Of a stretch of 62,467 nt of DNA, positions 9,234 through 17,798 are shown one piece after another. A model generated the notes under the pieces. It ran no database searches and was not told the origin of the DNA. It saw only the letters and a list, made by a program, of their open reading frames with translations. A program made the position numbers and the translations under genes. Source of the DNA: an uncultured Candidatus Saccharibacteria bacterium (GTDB lineage Bacteria; Patescibacteriota; Minisyncoccia; Phycocordibacterales; UBA2100); the NCBI GenBank assembly GCA_964399345.1, contig CAYNQE010000002.1, positions 1 to 62,467 on the forward strand, in the 5' to 3' direction. Every line of letters begins with the position of its first letter. Within the stretch, counting starts at the first letter, position 1.

Positions 9234-11180
9234 TTAGTTGCCTCGAATTGTAAACTCAGCTGATACATCTTCCACTAGCGTTTGTGCAGTTTTAGACCCT
9301 GGCGCACAGAATCCGAAGCATGCATCTTTAGGAGTATATATTGCACCTCGAATATTATACTTCAAATGTGCTTTGGTAATTACATTGGTCGTTAGCGAAC
9401 TGCAGCCACCGTCCAATCCATCTGAGAAAAAGCCGTTACAATAATCACTTGTAGAAATAGTTGCCTTACCTGTTGTGTAGTCAACTTTTATCGACTTGAA
9501 CTTCTCTCCTGTAACCGCGTCTTCAAGAATTAAGTACATCCCTACGTCGGACGCCCCAACCGTTGCGTTCCACCACACTCGGATATCGTCCCCAAGAGAA
9601 TACATAGATCCAGCTGGGTTAGTTATATTCAATGTATTTGAGATCCACTGATTCTCACAAGTTCCGGTGTACAAGAAAGTAGCCCCAACCGCATCTAAAT
9701 TACACCGATTACTGTACGTTTTCTTAAGAGGCTGGTTACAAAGAGCGCCAGTAGGGCAAGTAAATGTAGGGCGTCCACAAACAGGAGCGTACTCGGCAGT
9801 ACAGGCCACTCTTGCTACTGATATCTTTGCGGTAGAGATTGCAGTAGCTGAAAGTGAGTATGAGCGAAGCCTCTTGTAGAGAGTTGCAACATAATCTCCT
9901 CCAAAATTATATGTATGCTTTACCACTCCAGGTGCTTGGCAATAGTCTAGTGGTGCATAACACTCAATGTTTTCTTGTGCTGTACCGTCTCCAAAATCAA
10001 TGTAATACCTATATGGACTATACCCACCAACGTTTGCACTGAAAGTAACTTCAAGTGGAGAGCGTCCTGAGGCAGGAGTGGCCGAAAGCACTCCTACTAC
10101 AACACTTTCTCCAACTTTAACTGTAGTTGAGGTTTGTGCCTCGCGTCCTGAAGAGTTTCGTACTGTTATCGTAACAGTGTAGGTACCCGAGGATGAGTAT
10201 GCATGACTAAAGGTAGTACTTTGAACAAAGTTTGATCGAATAAATCCTAAGATTGAGTCATAAGCGCTTGTAGAAGTTCTCTCTCCCCAATCTACTTTAT
10301 AGGTTAGATTTCCTCCCAGAGAATCAGATGCTTTAACCGTCCAAGTTCCACTTTGGTTTGTTCGCAGTGTGGTAGGTCCTGAAAACCCAGAGATAGTTGG
10401 GGCTGTACTTGCTGGAAAATACTCTTCACATTTTGATTTTCCTTTCCACACACATGCGCGCTGAGTACAAACTAACGGTGCTCCAATTGATGATCGGGTA
10501 CAAGTGTTACATCCGTCGTACCATGCCTTACATGTAGCAGGTGCTCCTGTGACAGGAGTTGGTGTAATAACCTTTCCTCCACATTCTCCTTCGTGTAGAA
10601 GTGTTGCGTTTACCCCTCTCAACTGACAAAGGTTACCGTATGTCTTCTCAACCGAGCCCACTCTTCCACAAACAGGAGCGTACTCTAGGGTACATACTAT
10701 TGGATTCCCTACTCCTGGTGTAGTCCCAGCACAAGCTTGCGCTATTATCGAGCGAGTTACAGGGCCAACTGCACCAAAACCTGTGGTGGAAGGTGTTCCA
10801 TATGATATTGGACCATGAACACTCTGCCATGATGCAACTGCGTTTTGAGTTACCGCTCCGTAGTATCCGGTAATTGAAGGATATGTATATGCTCCTTCAC
10901 TTTTTAGAAAGGCCTGTAGTGAGGAAACATCATTTCCTCTTAATCCAATGTATAAATCACGACTAAGCGCAGGACAAGTTGAAACAACCGGCGTTATTAC
11001 TGTAGGTGTAACGGTCGTTGGAGTATTTTGTATTGCATTAAGTTGTTGCTGTAGAGAAGAAACCGTTCGTAAAAGACTTTGAATTTGTGCTAGTAAGTCA
11101 TCTACAAGAGCTGCACTTGATACAGACGGTACCGCGAAAGCGGCAACTAGAGCAATGGTAAGGAATGTTTTTTTATACAT
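9234..11180 (-). CDS. Large secreted multidomain protein: peptidoglycan-binding-like repeat, two Kazal-like modules, a 6-Cys module and two PKD-like domains
   Basis: 648 aa with signal peptide ...AVPSVSSA.
- PG_binding_1-like segment: aa 75-125 (GNDVSSLQAFLKSEG...YYGAVTQNAVASWQ).
- Kazal-like modules: aa 163-200 (CTLEYAPVCG...KTYGNLC...GEC) and aa 460-508 (CTAEYAPVCG...KTYSNRC...GTC).
- WYDGCNTCTR Cys module: aa 217-251.
- PKD signatures: YKVDWGE...FSHAYSSSGTYTVTI and YYIDFGDG...KHTYNFGGDYVATL. Confidence 0.65.
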   Translation of the reverse strand: MYKKTFLTIALVAAFAVPSVSSAALVDDLLAQIQSLLRTVSSLQQQLNAIQNTPTTVTPTVITPVVSTCPALSRDLYIGLRGNDVSSLQAFLKSEGAYTYPSITGYYGAVTQNAVASWQSVHGPISYGTPSTTGFGAVGPVTRSIIAQACAGTTPGVGNPIVCTLEYAPVCGRVGSVEKTYGNLCQLRGVNATLLHEGECGGKVITPTPVTGAPATCKAWYDGCNTCTRSSIGAPLVCTQRACVWKGKSKCEEYFPASTAPTISGFSGPTTLRTNQSGTWTVKASDSLGGNLTYKVDWGERTSTSAYDSILGFIRSNFVQSTTFSHAYSSSGTYTVTITVRNSSGREAQTSTTVKVGESVVVGVLSATPASGRSPLEVTFSANVGGYSPYRYYIDFGDGTAQENIECYAPLDYCQAPGVVKHTYNFGGDYVATLYKRLRSYSLSATAISTAKISVARVACTAEYAPVCGRPTFTCPTGALCNQPLKKTYSNRCNLDAVGATFLYTGTCENQWISNTLNITNPAGSMYSLGDDIRVWWNATVGASDVGMYLILEDAVTGEKFKSIKVDYTTGKATISTSDYCNGFFSDGLDGGCSSLTTNVITKAHLKYNIRGAIYTPKDACFGFCAPGSKTAQTLVEDVSAEFTIRGN

Positions 11181-11236
11181 ACAATATTATATTAACTATG
11201 TTTAATATAATACTACAGAAAAACACTGTATGTTTG

Positions 11237-11311
11237 TCCGCCCACTTGGACTCGAACCAAGAAACCTTCTAGATATAAGCTAGATGCTCTAACCAATTGA
11301 GCTATAGGCGG
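11237..11311 (-). tRNA. tRNA with anticodon UAU (Ile, AUA-reading); CCA not encoded
   Basis: The reverse complement reads CCGCCTA-TA-GCTC-AATTGGTTA-GAGC-A-TCTAG-CTTATAT-CTAGA-AGGTTT-CTTGG-TTCGAGT-CCAAG-TGGGCGG-A. All stems pair (one G-U), with C1-G72 and a 6-nt variable region. The anticodon loop CT-TAT-AT gives UAU. Confidence 0.65.
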
Positions 11312-11339
11312 AGTGGCTAAATATTACTAGAACACAAAG

Positions 11340-13256
11340 CTATATGCCAGCGTGTTCTATATCTTGTTTCTTTTTAATGGGAATGTTGTGCTCTTTAAGC
11401 AGCTCTTCATACTCCTCTCTTTCAAGATTTTCTTTTTCAATCAGGCGCTCTGCTATAGCATTAAGAACACTTCTCTTTTCTGTAAGGATGGTTTCTGCTC
11501 TTTGATAAGCGCCATCCATTATCATCTTAACTTCGGCATCAATTTCAGCTGAAACTTTTTCAGAATGCTCTCTTCCGTGAATACCCTCACCGAACATTGC
11601 CTTTCCATCACTACCTGATAGTGCAACAGTTCCAATTCTGTCAGACATACCCCAACGAGTAACCATGTTTCTTGCTAGATTAGTTGAAACCTGAAGGTCG
11701 TTTGATGGGCCAGTTGTAACATCGTCAAATACCATTTTTTCTGTAATGTATCCGGCTAGAGAAACAGCAATATCATCAAGAAATTCTTTCTTCGATTGCA
11801 TTTTTTTATCTTCAAAAGGAAGTTTCAACATGTATCCAGCAGCGCGCCCACGTGAGATTATAGAAATCTTGTGAACTGGATCTGAGTACGGAAGAACTGA
11901 TGCAACGAGCGCGTGTCCGGCCTCATGATAGGCAGTAATTTCCTTTTCTTTCTTGTTTAGTGCGTGACTCTTTCGCTCCGGGCCAAGCATTACCTTTTCA
12001 ATTGAACGAATTAAATCGTACTGCGTTACTTCTTTTCGCTCTTCGCGTGCGGCAAGAATTGCAGCCTCGTTGGTAAGGCTCGCAAGATCAGCTCCAGAAA
12101 ACCCAGGGGTGCGCTCTGCTATAACCTTAAGGTCAACATCTTCTCCAAGAGGAGTTTTTTTAGCGTGAATTGTAAGTATTCCTTCTCTTCCTTCTCGGTC
12201 TGGAAGGTCAATCGTTACTCTTCGGTCAAAACGCCCCGGCCGAAGAAGAGCAGGGTCCAAAACATCAGGTCGGTTAGTTGCCGCCATTACAATAACCTTC
12301 TCATTAGGCTCAAAACCGTCCATCTCTACAAGTATTTGGTTAAGTGTTTGCTCCCTCTCGTCGTTTCCACCACCTACTCCTGAGCCACGAACACGTCCAA
12401 CTGCATCAATCTCATCGATGAATACAATAGAAGGAGAAACCTTCTTTGCCATCTTGAACAAATCACGAACGCGTGATGCTCCAACTCCAACAAACATCTC
12501 CACAAACTCCGATCCGGAAATTGTAAAGAAAGGAACATTAGCCTCTCCGGCTACAGCGCGTGCTAAAAGCGTCTTACCTGTTCCAGGGCTTCCCATTAGC
12601 ATTACTCCCTTAGGAATCTTTGCACCAATCTGTAGAAACTTTTTTGGATTTCTTAGGAAATCAACGATCTCCGAAAGCTCTTCCTTTGCTTCTTTTGCAC
12701 CAGCCACGTCCTTAAACATAACTTTTTGTGATTTATCATTTGGATCAATCATTCGTGCCTTGCTTTGTCCGAATGTTAGAGCCTGCATACCACCTCCACC
12801 TTTCATTTGTCGGGAAAGATACCAAATTATCAAAATTATTATTATTATTGGAATCATTAACGGAGCTAGTTGTAAGAACCAGAAGCGGAGTCCACTTGGG
12901 TCTACAATATTAATCTCAACATTAGAAAGAGATTCGTTTGTTACTCCGTAATTTACAAGAGTTTCAGTAAGAGATGCTTCATTTTCCTTTTTGGACTTCT
13001 TAATCACCTCTTCTTCATAAGTTACCTCAAGATTTTCTCCACTTACCTTAATTTCAAGCACAAGGCTTGAGTTAACATCTGTTGCAAGTTGGGAAAGAGA
13101 AACCTCTTCACTCTTTTCAAAGGCGGTTGAAAGTGAAGAATACACTGACAGAAGAAAAGCAAAAACAACGAAGGTAATAACCATTTGCACCCAAAAATTC
13201 CCTTGTTGGATTTTCAAAACTTTCTTCTTTTTTCCTTTCTTTTTCTTTGCTGCCAT
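11340..13256 (-). CDS. ftsH: ATP-dependent zinc metalloprotease FtsH
   Basis: Walker [12 protein letters not shown], Walker [13 protein letters not shown] region, Zn motif HEAGHAL, and two N-terminal TM helices. Start set at [10 protein letters not shown] (13256) rather than 13325, which would run into smpB. Confidence 0.93.
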   Translation of the reverse strand: MAAKKKKGKKKKVLKIQQGNFWVQMVITFVVFAFLLSVYSSLSTAFEKSEEVSLSQLATDVNSSLVLEIKVSGENLEVTYEEEVIKKSKKENEASLTETLVNYGVTNESLSNVEINIVDPSGLRFWFLQLAPLMIPIIIIILIIWYLSRQMKGGGGMQALTFGQSKARMIDPNDKSQKVMFKDVAGAKEAKEELSEIVDFLRNPKKFLQIGAKIPKGVMLMGSPGTGKTLLARAVAGEANVPFFTISGSEFVEMFVGVGASRVRDLFKMAKKVSPSIVFIDEIDAVGRVRGSGVGGGNDEREQTLNQILVEMDGFEPNEKVIVMAATNRPDVLDPALLRPGRFDRRVTIDLPDREGREGILTIHAKKTPLGEDVDLKVIAERTPGFSGADLASLTNEAAILAAREERKEVTQYDLIRSIEKVMLGPERKSHALNKKEKEITAYHEAGHALVASVLPYSDPVHKISIISRGRAAGYMLKLPFEDKKMQSKKEFLDDIAVSLAGYITEKMVFDDVTTGPSNDLQVSTNLARNMVTRWGMSDRIGTVALSGSDGKAMFGEGIHGREHSEKVSAEIDAEVKMIMDGAYQRAETILTEKRSVLNAIAERLIEKENLEREEYEELLKEHNIPIKKKQDIEHAGI

Positions 13257-13305
13257 AATGGCGCTACTGTAGCATATGAGCACTAAATACGCTAAAGTTT
13301 CCACT

Positions 13306-13734
13306 ATGACACTTATAGATAACAAACGAGGACGCTTTGACTATCAAATCCTTAAAGAGTTTGAAGCAGGTATTGAATTGTTAGGTCAAGAAGTTAAGTC
13401 ACTAAGAAACAAACGCGGCAACCTAACTGGCGCACGTGTTGTAGTGCGCGGTGGAGAAGCGTTCCTTTCTGGGGCAACAATTGAAGCATACCAGCCTGAA
13501 AACACACCAGAATCATACGATCCTGAGAGAGTTCGGAAACTCCTTCTTTCAAAGAAGGAACTACTTGAGCTTTCACAAAGTGATTTGACACTAATACCTC
13601 TTTCGTTGTATAATAAAGGAAGAGTTCTTAAGCTTTCTTTTGGAATTGCAAAAGGGAAAAAGAAGAAAGATAAGCGCGAGATTATAAAAGAAAGAGACAC
13701 AAAGCGTTCAATTGAACGTGATCTAAAGCGATAG
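13306..13734 (+). CDS. smpB: SsrA-binding protein SmpB
   Basis: MTLIDNKRGRFDYQILKEFEAGIELLGQEVKSLR matches the SmpB N-terminus, and the C-terminal tail is basic. TAAAGT lies 7 nt upstream. An alternative ATG exists at 13276. tmRNA is immediately downstream. Confidence 0.9.
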   Translation: MTLIDNKRGRFDYQILKEFEAGIELLGQEVKSLRNKRGNLTGARVVVRGGEAFLSGATIEAYQPENTPESYDPERVRKLLLSKKELLELSQSDLTLIPLSLYNKGRVLKLSFGIAKGKKKKDKREIIKERDTKRSIERDLKR

Positions 13735-13767
13735 CCTCTCCCCACTTGAACTTAAGGAGTTTAATCG

Positions 13768-14151
13768 GGGGGTGACTAGTTTCGACAGTTTGCCCTATGG
13801 CTTTGTGCAAAGTAGAAGTGAATATCTTCTTTAAACTATTCAAAACAATAAGTGTAAATAAACTTACACACGGAGTTCTGTCGCCTTTCCAGGCTAAGGA
13901 TTTCGGTTTCGCTTACGCTACGGCCTAAGTGACCATCGCTCTATTTGACGTTTGATAGAGTAGTCGCGATGTCAAAAATTCGAACTCGAAAAAGTACCTG
14001 ACCTTACACTTTTTTTAAATTATTAGGTATCGATGTAGTGTGATTTTGTCCACTCTTTACACATTACATTTAAATTTAGAGTGAACTAAACTTTGTAGAC
14101 GCATTTTCGTAGACACTCATGGACGGGAGTTCAACCTCCCCACCTCCACCA
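13768..14151 (+). ncRNA. ssrA: tmRNA (ssrA), one-piece
   Basis: 5' end GGGGGTGACTAGTTTCGACAG and 3' end GGACGGGAGTTCAACCTCCCCACCTCCACCA form a tRNA-Ala-like acceptor stem with G3-U70 and a T-arm. The internal frame ends ...GCT AAG GAT TTC GGT TTC GCT TAC GCT ACG GCC TAA (stop 13926-13928). Confidence 0.9.
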
Positions 14152-14156
14152 TATTC

Positions 14157-14180
14157 AAAACCCGCCTTTCGGCGGGTTTT
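14157..14180 (+). terminator. Rho-independent terminator after tmRNA
   Basis: AAAACCCGCC-TTTC-GGCGGGTTTT. Confidence 0.8.
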
Positions 14181-14219
14181 GAAATATCCCTACCCCTTTA
14201 AGTGTATTAAGATAAAGGT

Positions 14220-14756
14220 ATGGAAGATGAACACTTCGCAAAATTATTACAGCAGGGCGACAAGAACGCCTTTGGTACTTTAGTGGAGCGTTACGAAAAG
14301 AAAATAACTCGCTACGCAAACAAGTTTTTGTACAACTACCAAGACCGCGAAGATGCAGTTCAAGACGTTTTTATAAAAGCGTATAAAAACATTCAAAGTT
14401 TCAATACAAAGGAGAAATTCTCTCCATGGATATATAGAATAGCTCACAACACTTTCTTGAATGTAATTAGAAAACAAAAGACGGAGAAAATAACACTCTT
14501 CGACACAGACAAACTCTTTGCAAAACAACTCTCGGATGAGAGTGAAACACGACTACGTGAACAATCGGAAGATCGAGAAGTATTGGAGCAATGTATTTCA
14601 CAATTGGATGTGAAATATCGTGAAGTGTTAGTTCTTTTCTATTTTGAAGAAAAGGATTATGAAGAAATATCTGATATTGTGGGTATTCCCAAGTCCACCG
14701 TGGGCGTCAGGCTCCGGCGCGGACGAGAGAGAATGAAACAAATATACGAAATATGA
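14220..14756 (+). CDS. ECF-type RNA polymerase sigma-70 family factor
   Basis: 178 aa. Region 2 DAVQDVFIKAYKNIQSF...FSPWIYRIAHNTFLN and region 4 HTH YEEISDIVGIPKSTVGVRLRRGRERMK. TAAGAT lies 6 nt upstream of the ATG. Confidence 0.88.
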   Translation: MEDEHFAKLLQQGDKNAFGTLVERYEKKITRYANKFLYNYQDREDAVQDVFIKAYKNIQSFNTKEKFSPWIYRIAHNTFLNVIRKQKTEKITLFDTDKLFAKQLSDESETRLREQSEDREVLEQCISQLDVKYREVLVLFYFEEKDYEEISDIVGIPKSTVGVRLRRGRERMKQIYEI

Positions 14757-15448
14757 AAGAAACAAAAAAACAACTAAATAACTTGAAAGAAACGGTCCTT
14801 AAGGCAATAGAAGAGGATAAGGTTTCTATGCACTCAAAATTGTATTTCCTATCAAGGAGTGCACTGTGGGCTTTAGGCTTCCTACTAACCCTAACTCTAA
14901 CAATATACTTAATTAGTTTTATAACTTTTATCTTCCGCGGAAACTCACTTCACCTACTCCCACAACTTGGACCAGGTGGTTGGTTTAACCTCTTCGTCTC
15001 ACTGCCGTGGGTACTACTACTGATAGTGTTCAGTGTGTTCGTACTTCTACAGGTACTAAGTACTCACTTCTCTTTTGTCTACAAACGACCGCTAGTACAC
15101 ACACTTCTTGCCAGTATCTTCCTTGTTGTAATAGTAGGTGTTGCAATTGCTCAAACCTCTTTCCACGAAAGAGCATACGAAAGACACAAAGAAGGATTTA
15201 TGTATAAAGGAGCACTTAAAGATAAGGGAGAAATTCATATTGGAAGAGTCACCCAAATTAACGGTGCAGGATTTAACATTAGAAATAGAGAAGGTGAAAC
15301 TTACATCGTAAGCGTAACGCCAACTACAAAGATGCCTCCATTTAAAATCTCTACAAGTACAATAATGATCGTGATGGGCGCAGAAGATAACGGTGTTATA
15401 ACAGCGGTTGGTATACGACCAGTACAAAAACAAAGAAGAGTGAAATAA
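14753..15448 (+). CDS. Polytopic membrane protein, putative anti-sigma factor partner
   Basis: 231 aa. ATGA overlap with the sigma gene, about 4 TM helices, then a soluble C-terminal beta-rich domain. The function is inferred from position only. Confidence 0.4.
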   Translation: MKETKKQLNNLKETVLKAIEEDKVSMHSKLYFLSRSALWALGFLLTLTLTIYLISFITFIFRGNSLHLLPQLGPGGWFNLFVSLPWVLLLIVFSVFVLLQVLSTHFSFVYKRPLVHTLLASIFLVVIVGVAIAQTSFHERAYERHKEGFMYKGALKDKGEIHIGRVTQINGAGFNIRNREGETYIVSVTPTTKMPPFKISTSTIMIVMGAEDNGVITAVGIRPVQKQRRVK

Positions 15449-15528
15449 GTTGATTGTTGAGAGTGTAATAGTAGTTAGAACAGCAAATTAGTTCTGTTTT
15501 ATGTCTAGACAACAATTAATTAAATAAA

Positions 15529-16068
15529 ATGAAAATAAGTAAAAAACACATAGCAATAGGAATGGTCGCAATTGGTCTTGCGACAACGGCAGGAGCCGGA
15601 ATTACAGTGGCATCCGAACATAAAGGTAGGGGTCACGCAGAAGTTGCAGCTACCCTATTAGGAATATCCGTTGATGATTTCAAAACTCGAGTACAAAATG
15701 GTGAAAAACCACGAGAAATATTCGAATCAGCAGGAATTAGTCGCGAAGATATTAAGGCTACACACGAACAGCGTATGCAAGAGAGACTAGCGCAAGCTGT
15801 AGAAAGCGGAAGAATTACTCAAGCAGAAGCCGACGAAAAAATGGAAAAAAGAGAAAATATGAAGTCTATAAGAGAAGCAGCACACACGGCAGTAGAGAAC
15901 AACGACTACGACGCATGGGTACTAGCCGTTGCAAACTCACCAAGAGAGGCAACAGTTGATACGTTCAACAAACTCGTTCTTGCTACTCAATTAAGAGAAT
16001 CAGGAGACCATGAAGGAGCAAAGGAAATCATGAAAGAGCTTGGTTTCAACAAGAAGCATAGAAAATAA
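15529..16068 (+). CDS. Secreted or membrane-anchored helical protein, unknown function
   Basis: 179 aa. N-terminal signal/anchor MKISKKHIAIGMVAIGLATTAGAG, a charged helical body, and a strong terminator downstream. Confidence 0.5.
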   Translation: MKISKKHIAIGMVAIGLATTAGAGITVASEHKGRGHAEVAATLLGISVDDFKTRVQNGEKPREIFESAGISREDIKATHEQRMQERLAQAVESGRITQAEADEKMEKRENMKSIREAAHTAVENNDYDAWVLAVANSPREATVDTFNKLVLATQLRESGDHEGAKEIMKELGFNKKHRK

Positions 16069-16086
16069 TTTCCTCGCCTAGGAAAC

Positions 16087-16112
16087 AAAAACCCGCTTAA
16101 AAGCGGGTTTTT
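16087..16112. terminator. Bidirectional rho-independent terminator
   Basis: AAAAACCCGCTT-AA-AAGCGGGTTTTT between convergent transcription units. Confidence 0.8.
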
Positions 16113-16178
16113 GTTATTTCTTTTTATCCTTCTTTGGTTTTTTCTTCTCTTTTTTTCTGTCTTGTCCTTTTGCCATAA

Positions 16179-16601
16179 TTATAATGTTACTTTTTCAAAC
16201 CATAACATTGCCTCAGCCTTATTAGGGAACCAAACGACCTTTTTCCCTTCTCCGACAATGAATGGGGTAATAAACGAAAGCACTTTCAACTGAGCCTTAA
16301 AGTCACCAACAATTGCAACTTTTCTAACCTGCTCTTTTTTTAGAGCTGAAAGATATATTTTGTGAGCCTGCATAGGTATGTGACTCTCTCCCATCAAAGA
16401 CATGTCTACCAAAATTTTAAAATTCGCCTCGGCATCTTTGTCTAAAATTTCAAACACTCCGCCTACTGCAAATTGTGCTCGCCTAACATTCTCTTCAGGA
16501 TCTACTACCTGTTTAAGAAAATTTACAAAAATGATTCCATCATTCTCGGAAATATCTAACGTGGCTTTTAACTCCTCATCAGTTTGCATACTAGCCTTCA
16601 A
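16179..16601 (-). CDS. STAS/SpoIIAA-like domain protein (putative)
   Basis: 140 aa. C-terminal pattern KVAIVGDFKAQLKVLSFITPFIVGEGKKVVWFPNKAEAMLWF resembles SpoIIAA-like STAS_2 proteins. It is the last gene of the FIST-HK-RR operon, overlapping the RR gene by 11 nt. Confidence 0.4.
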   Translation of the reverse strand: MKASMQTDEELKATLDISENDGIIFVNFLKQVVDPEENVRRAQFAVGGVFEILDKDAEANFKILVDMSLMGESHIPMQAHKIYLSALKKEQVRKVAIVGDFKAQLKVLSFITPFIVGEGKKVVWFPNKAEAMLWFEKVTL

Positions 16602-16968
16602 TAATTTCTCGAACTTTTTGTATTATGGCCGAGGGGCTAGAGTGTGCCTTGATTAAAACGTCAGTCGCTCCCTTTTCTTTACATTTTTCAATATCTGCTT
16701 CTTGTCCTAGGTTAGAAAGAATTATTACTGGTATATCTTTAGTTTCTTCTTGTTCTTTCAATTTATCCAAGACATCAAATCCACTCATGCCTGGAAGAAC
16801 TAAGTCTAAAAGAATTGCATCTGGAGTGTTTTCCTTTGCGGCCTCTAATGCACTCTCACCGTCGGCTGCGTACTTAACTTCTATCTCTTCTTGCTTGAAC
16901 TTCATTAAAAGAAGGTCTCGCAAAAACGGCTCGTCTTCCACTACTAGCAAATTAATTTTATTATCCAT
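16591..16968 (-). CDS. Single-domain response regulator (CheY-like)
   Basis: 125 aa. LLVVEDEPFLRDLL, phospho-acceptor in AILLDLVLPGMSG, and conserved Lys in VLIKA. Confidence 0.88.
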   Translation of the reverse strand: MDNKINLLVVEDEPFLRDLLLMKFKQEEIEVKYAADGESALEAAKENTPDAILLDLVLPGMSGFDVLDKLKEQEETKDIPVIILSNLGQEADIEKCKEKGATDVLIKAHSSPSAIIQKVREIIEG

Positions 16969-16973
16969 ACTTA

Positions 16974-17795
16974 CTATTTTATACCTTCCAAAGGAATTGT
17001 GAAATAGAAAGTTGTACCATTGCCTTCTTCGCTCTCAAACCATATCTTTCCACCGTGACGTCTTACAATTTTCTGCGCTATGAACAAACCTAATCCTGAT
17101 CCTTCTGTAACAGTTTTAATTGCATTTTCTCCACGATAGAACTTTTTAAACAACTGGTCCTTTTCCGCTTTTGGAATTCCAATCCCTGTATCTTTTACAG
17201 AAACTACAACCTTTTCTTCTTTTTTAGCTACACCAACGTTTACATCCCCTCCTTTGGGTGTGTATTTAAGCGCATTTTCTATCAGGTTTTGAATAACTGA
17301 ACTAAGCTTCTCATCATCTCCGTTAATATTAGGTATTTCCCCATCACGTTTGAAAACAAGGTTGATATTTCTCTTGGTTGCAACTGGCATTAACTGTTCT
17401 ACAACAGACTCTGCTTGATCAGCCAACGATATTGAATTAAACGAGTACTGAACCTTACCAACTTCGTGAAGATCGACATTCAAAAGATTATCCACTAATC
17501 TAATCATCCTCTCGTTACTCTCTCTTCCGCGAAGAAGTACTCTAACCTCCTCAGGTGTCAGTGTCTTTTTACTAATCTCCCACAGCATATCCAAAGACCA
17601 CTTTGTAACAGAAAGTGGTGTTCTTAACTGATGTGCTACAACTGAAACGAAATCTGATTTCAACTGTCCCAGTTCTTCAAGCTTTTCATAAGCACGAGTT
17701 AACTCTAAATCTCTTCGAACTAACATTTTTGCGCTCACCTCTTGATTCTTTAGAAGCTCTTCCAGTTTCTCTATTTTTGCATCCCTCTCGTCCAT
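16974..17795 (-). CDS. Cytoplasmic sensor histidine kinase (HisKA + HATPase_c, no TM or sensor domain)
   Basis: 273 aa. H-box FVSVVAHQLRTPLS, N-box NLIENALKYTPKGG, G1 DTGIGIP, G2 GSGLGLFIAQKIV. Only a coiled coil precedes the H-box. Confidence 0.88.
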   Translation of the reverse strand: MDERDAKIEKLEELLKNQEVSAKMLVRRDLELTRAYEKLEELGQLKSDFVSVVAHQLRTPLSVTKWSLDMLWEISKKTLTPEEVRVLLRGRESNERMIRLVDNLLNVDLHEVGKVQYSFNSISLADQAESVVEQLMPVATKRNINLVFKRDGEIPNINGDDEKLSSVIQNLIENALKYTPKGGDVNVGVAKKEEKVVVSVKDTGIGIPKAEKDQLFKKFYRGENAIKTVTEGSGLGLFIAQKIVRRHGGKIWFESEEGNGTTFYFTIPLEGIK

Positions 17796-17798
17796 GTT

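Noticed and set aside
12418-12951. 177-aa + strand ORF inside ftsH. Similar long antisense ORFs occur at 43426-43929 (in rplD), 55875-56372, 33681-34124, 58663-59121, 16625-17002, 47238-47630 and 45021-45252
   Set aside because: All lie opposite genes with unambiguous conserved motifs and have low-complexity Ser/Pro/Thr-rich translations. They are best explained as shadow ORFs.
16114-16176. 20-codon Lys-rich ORF (MAKGQDRKKEKKKPKKDKKK) as a confident gene
   Set aside because: It may simply be an A/T-rich spacer read in frame between the STAS-like gene and the terminator. There is no SD and the sequence is very low in complexity. It is mentioned inside the FIST-operon finding but not listed as a feature.
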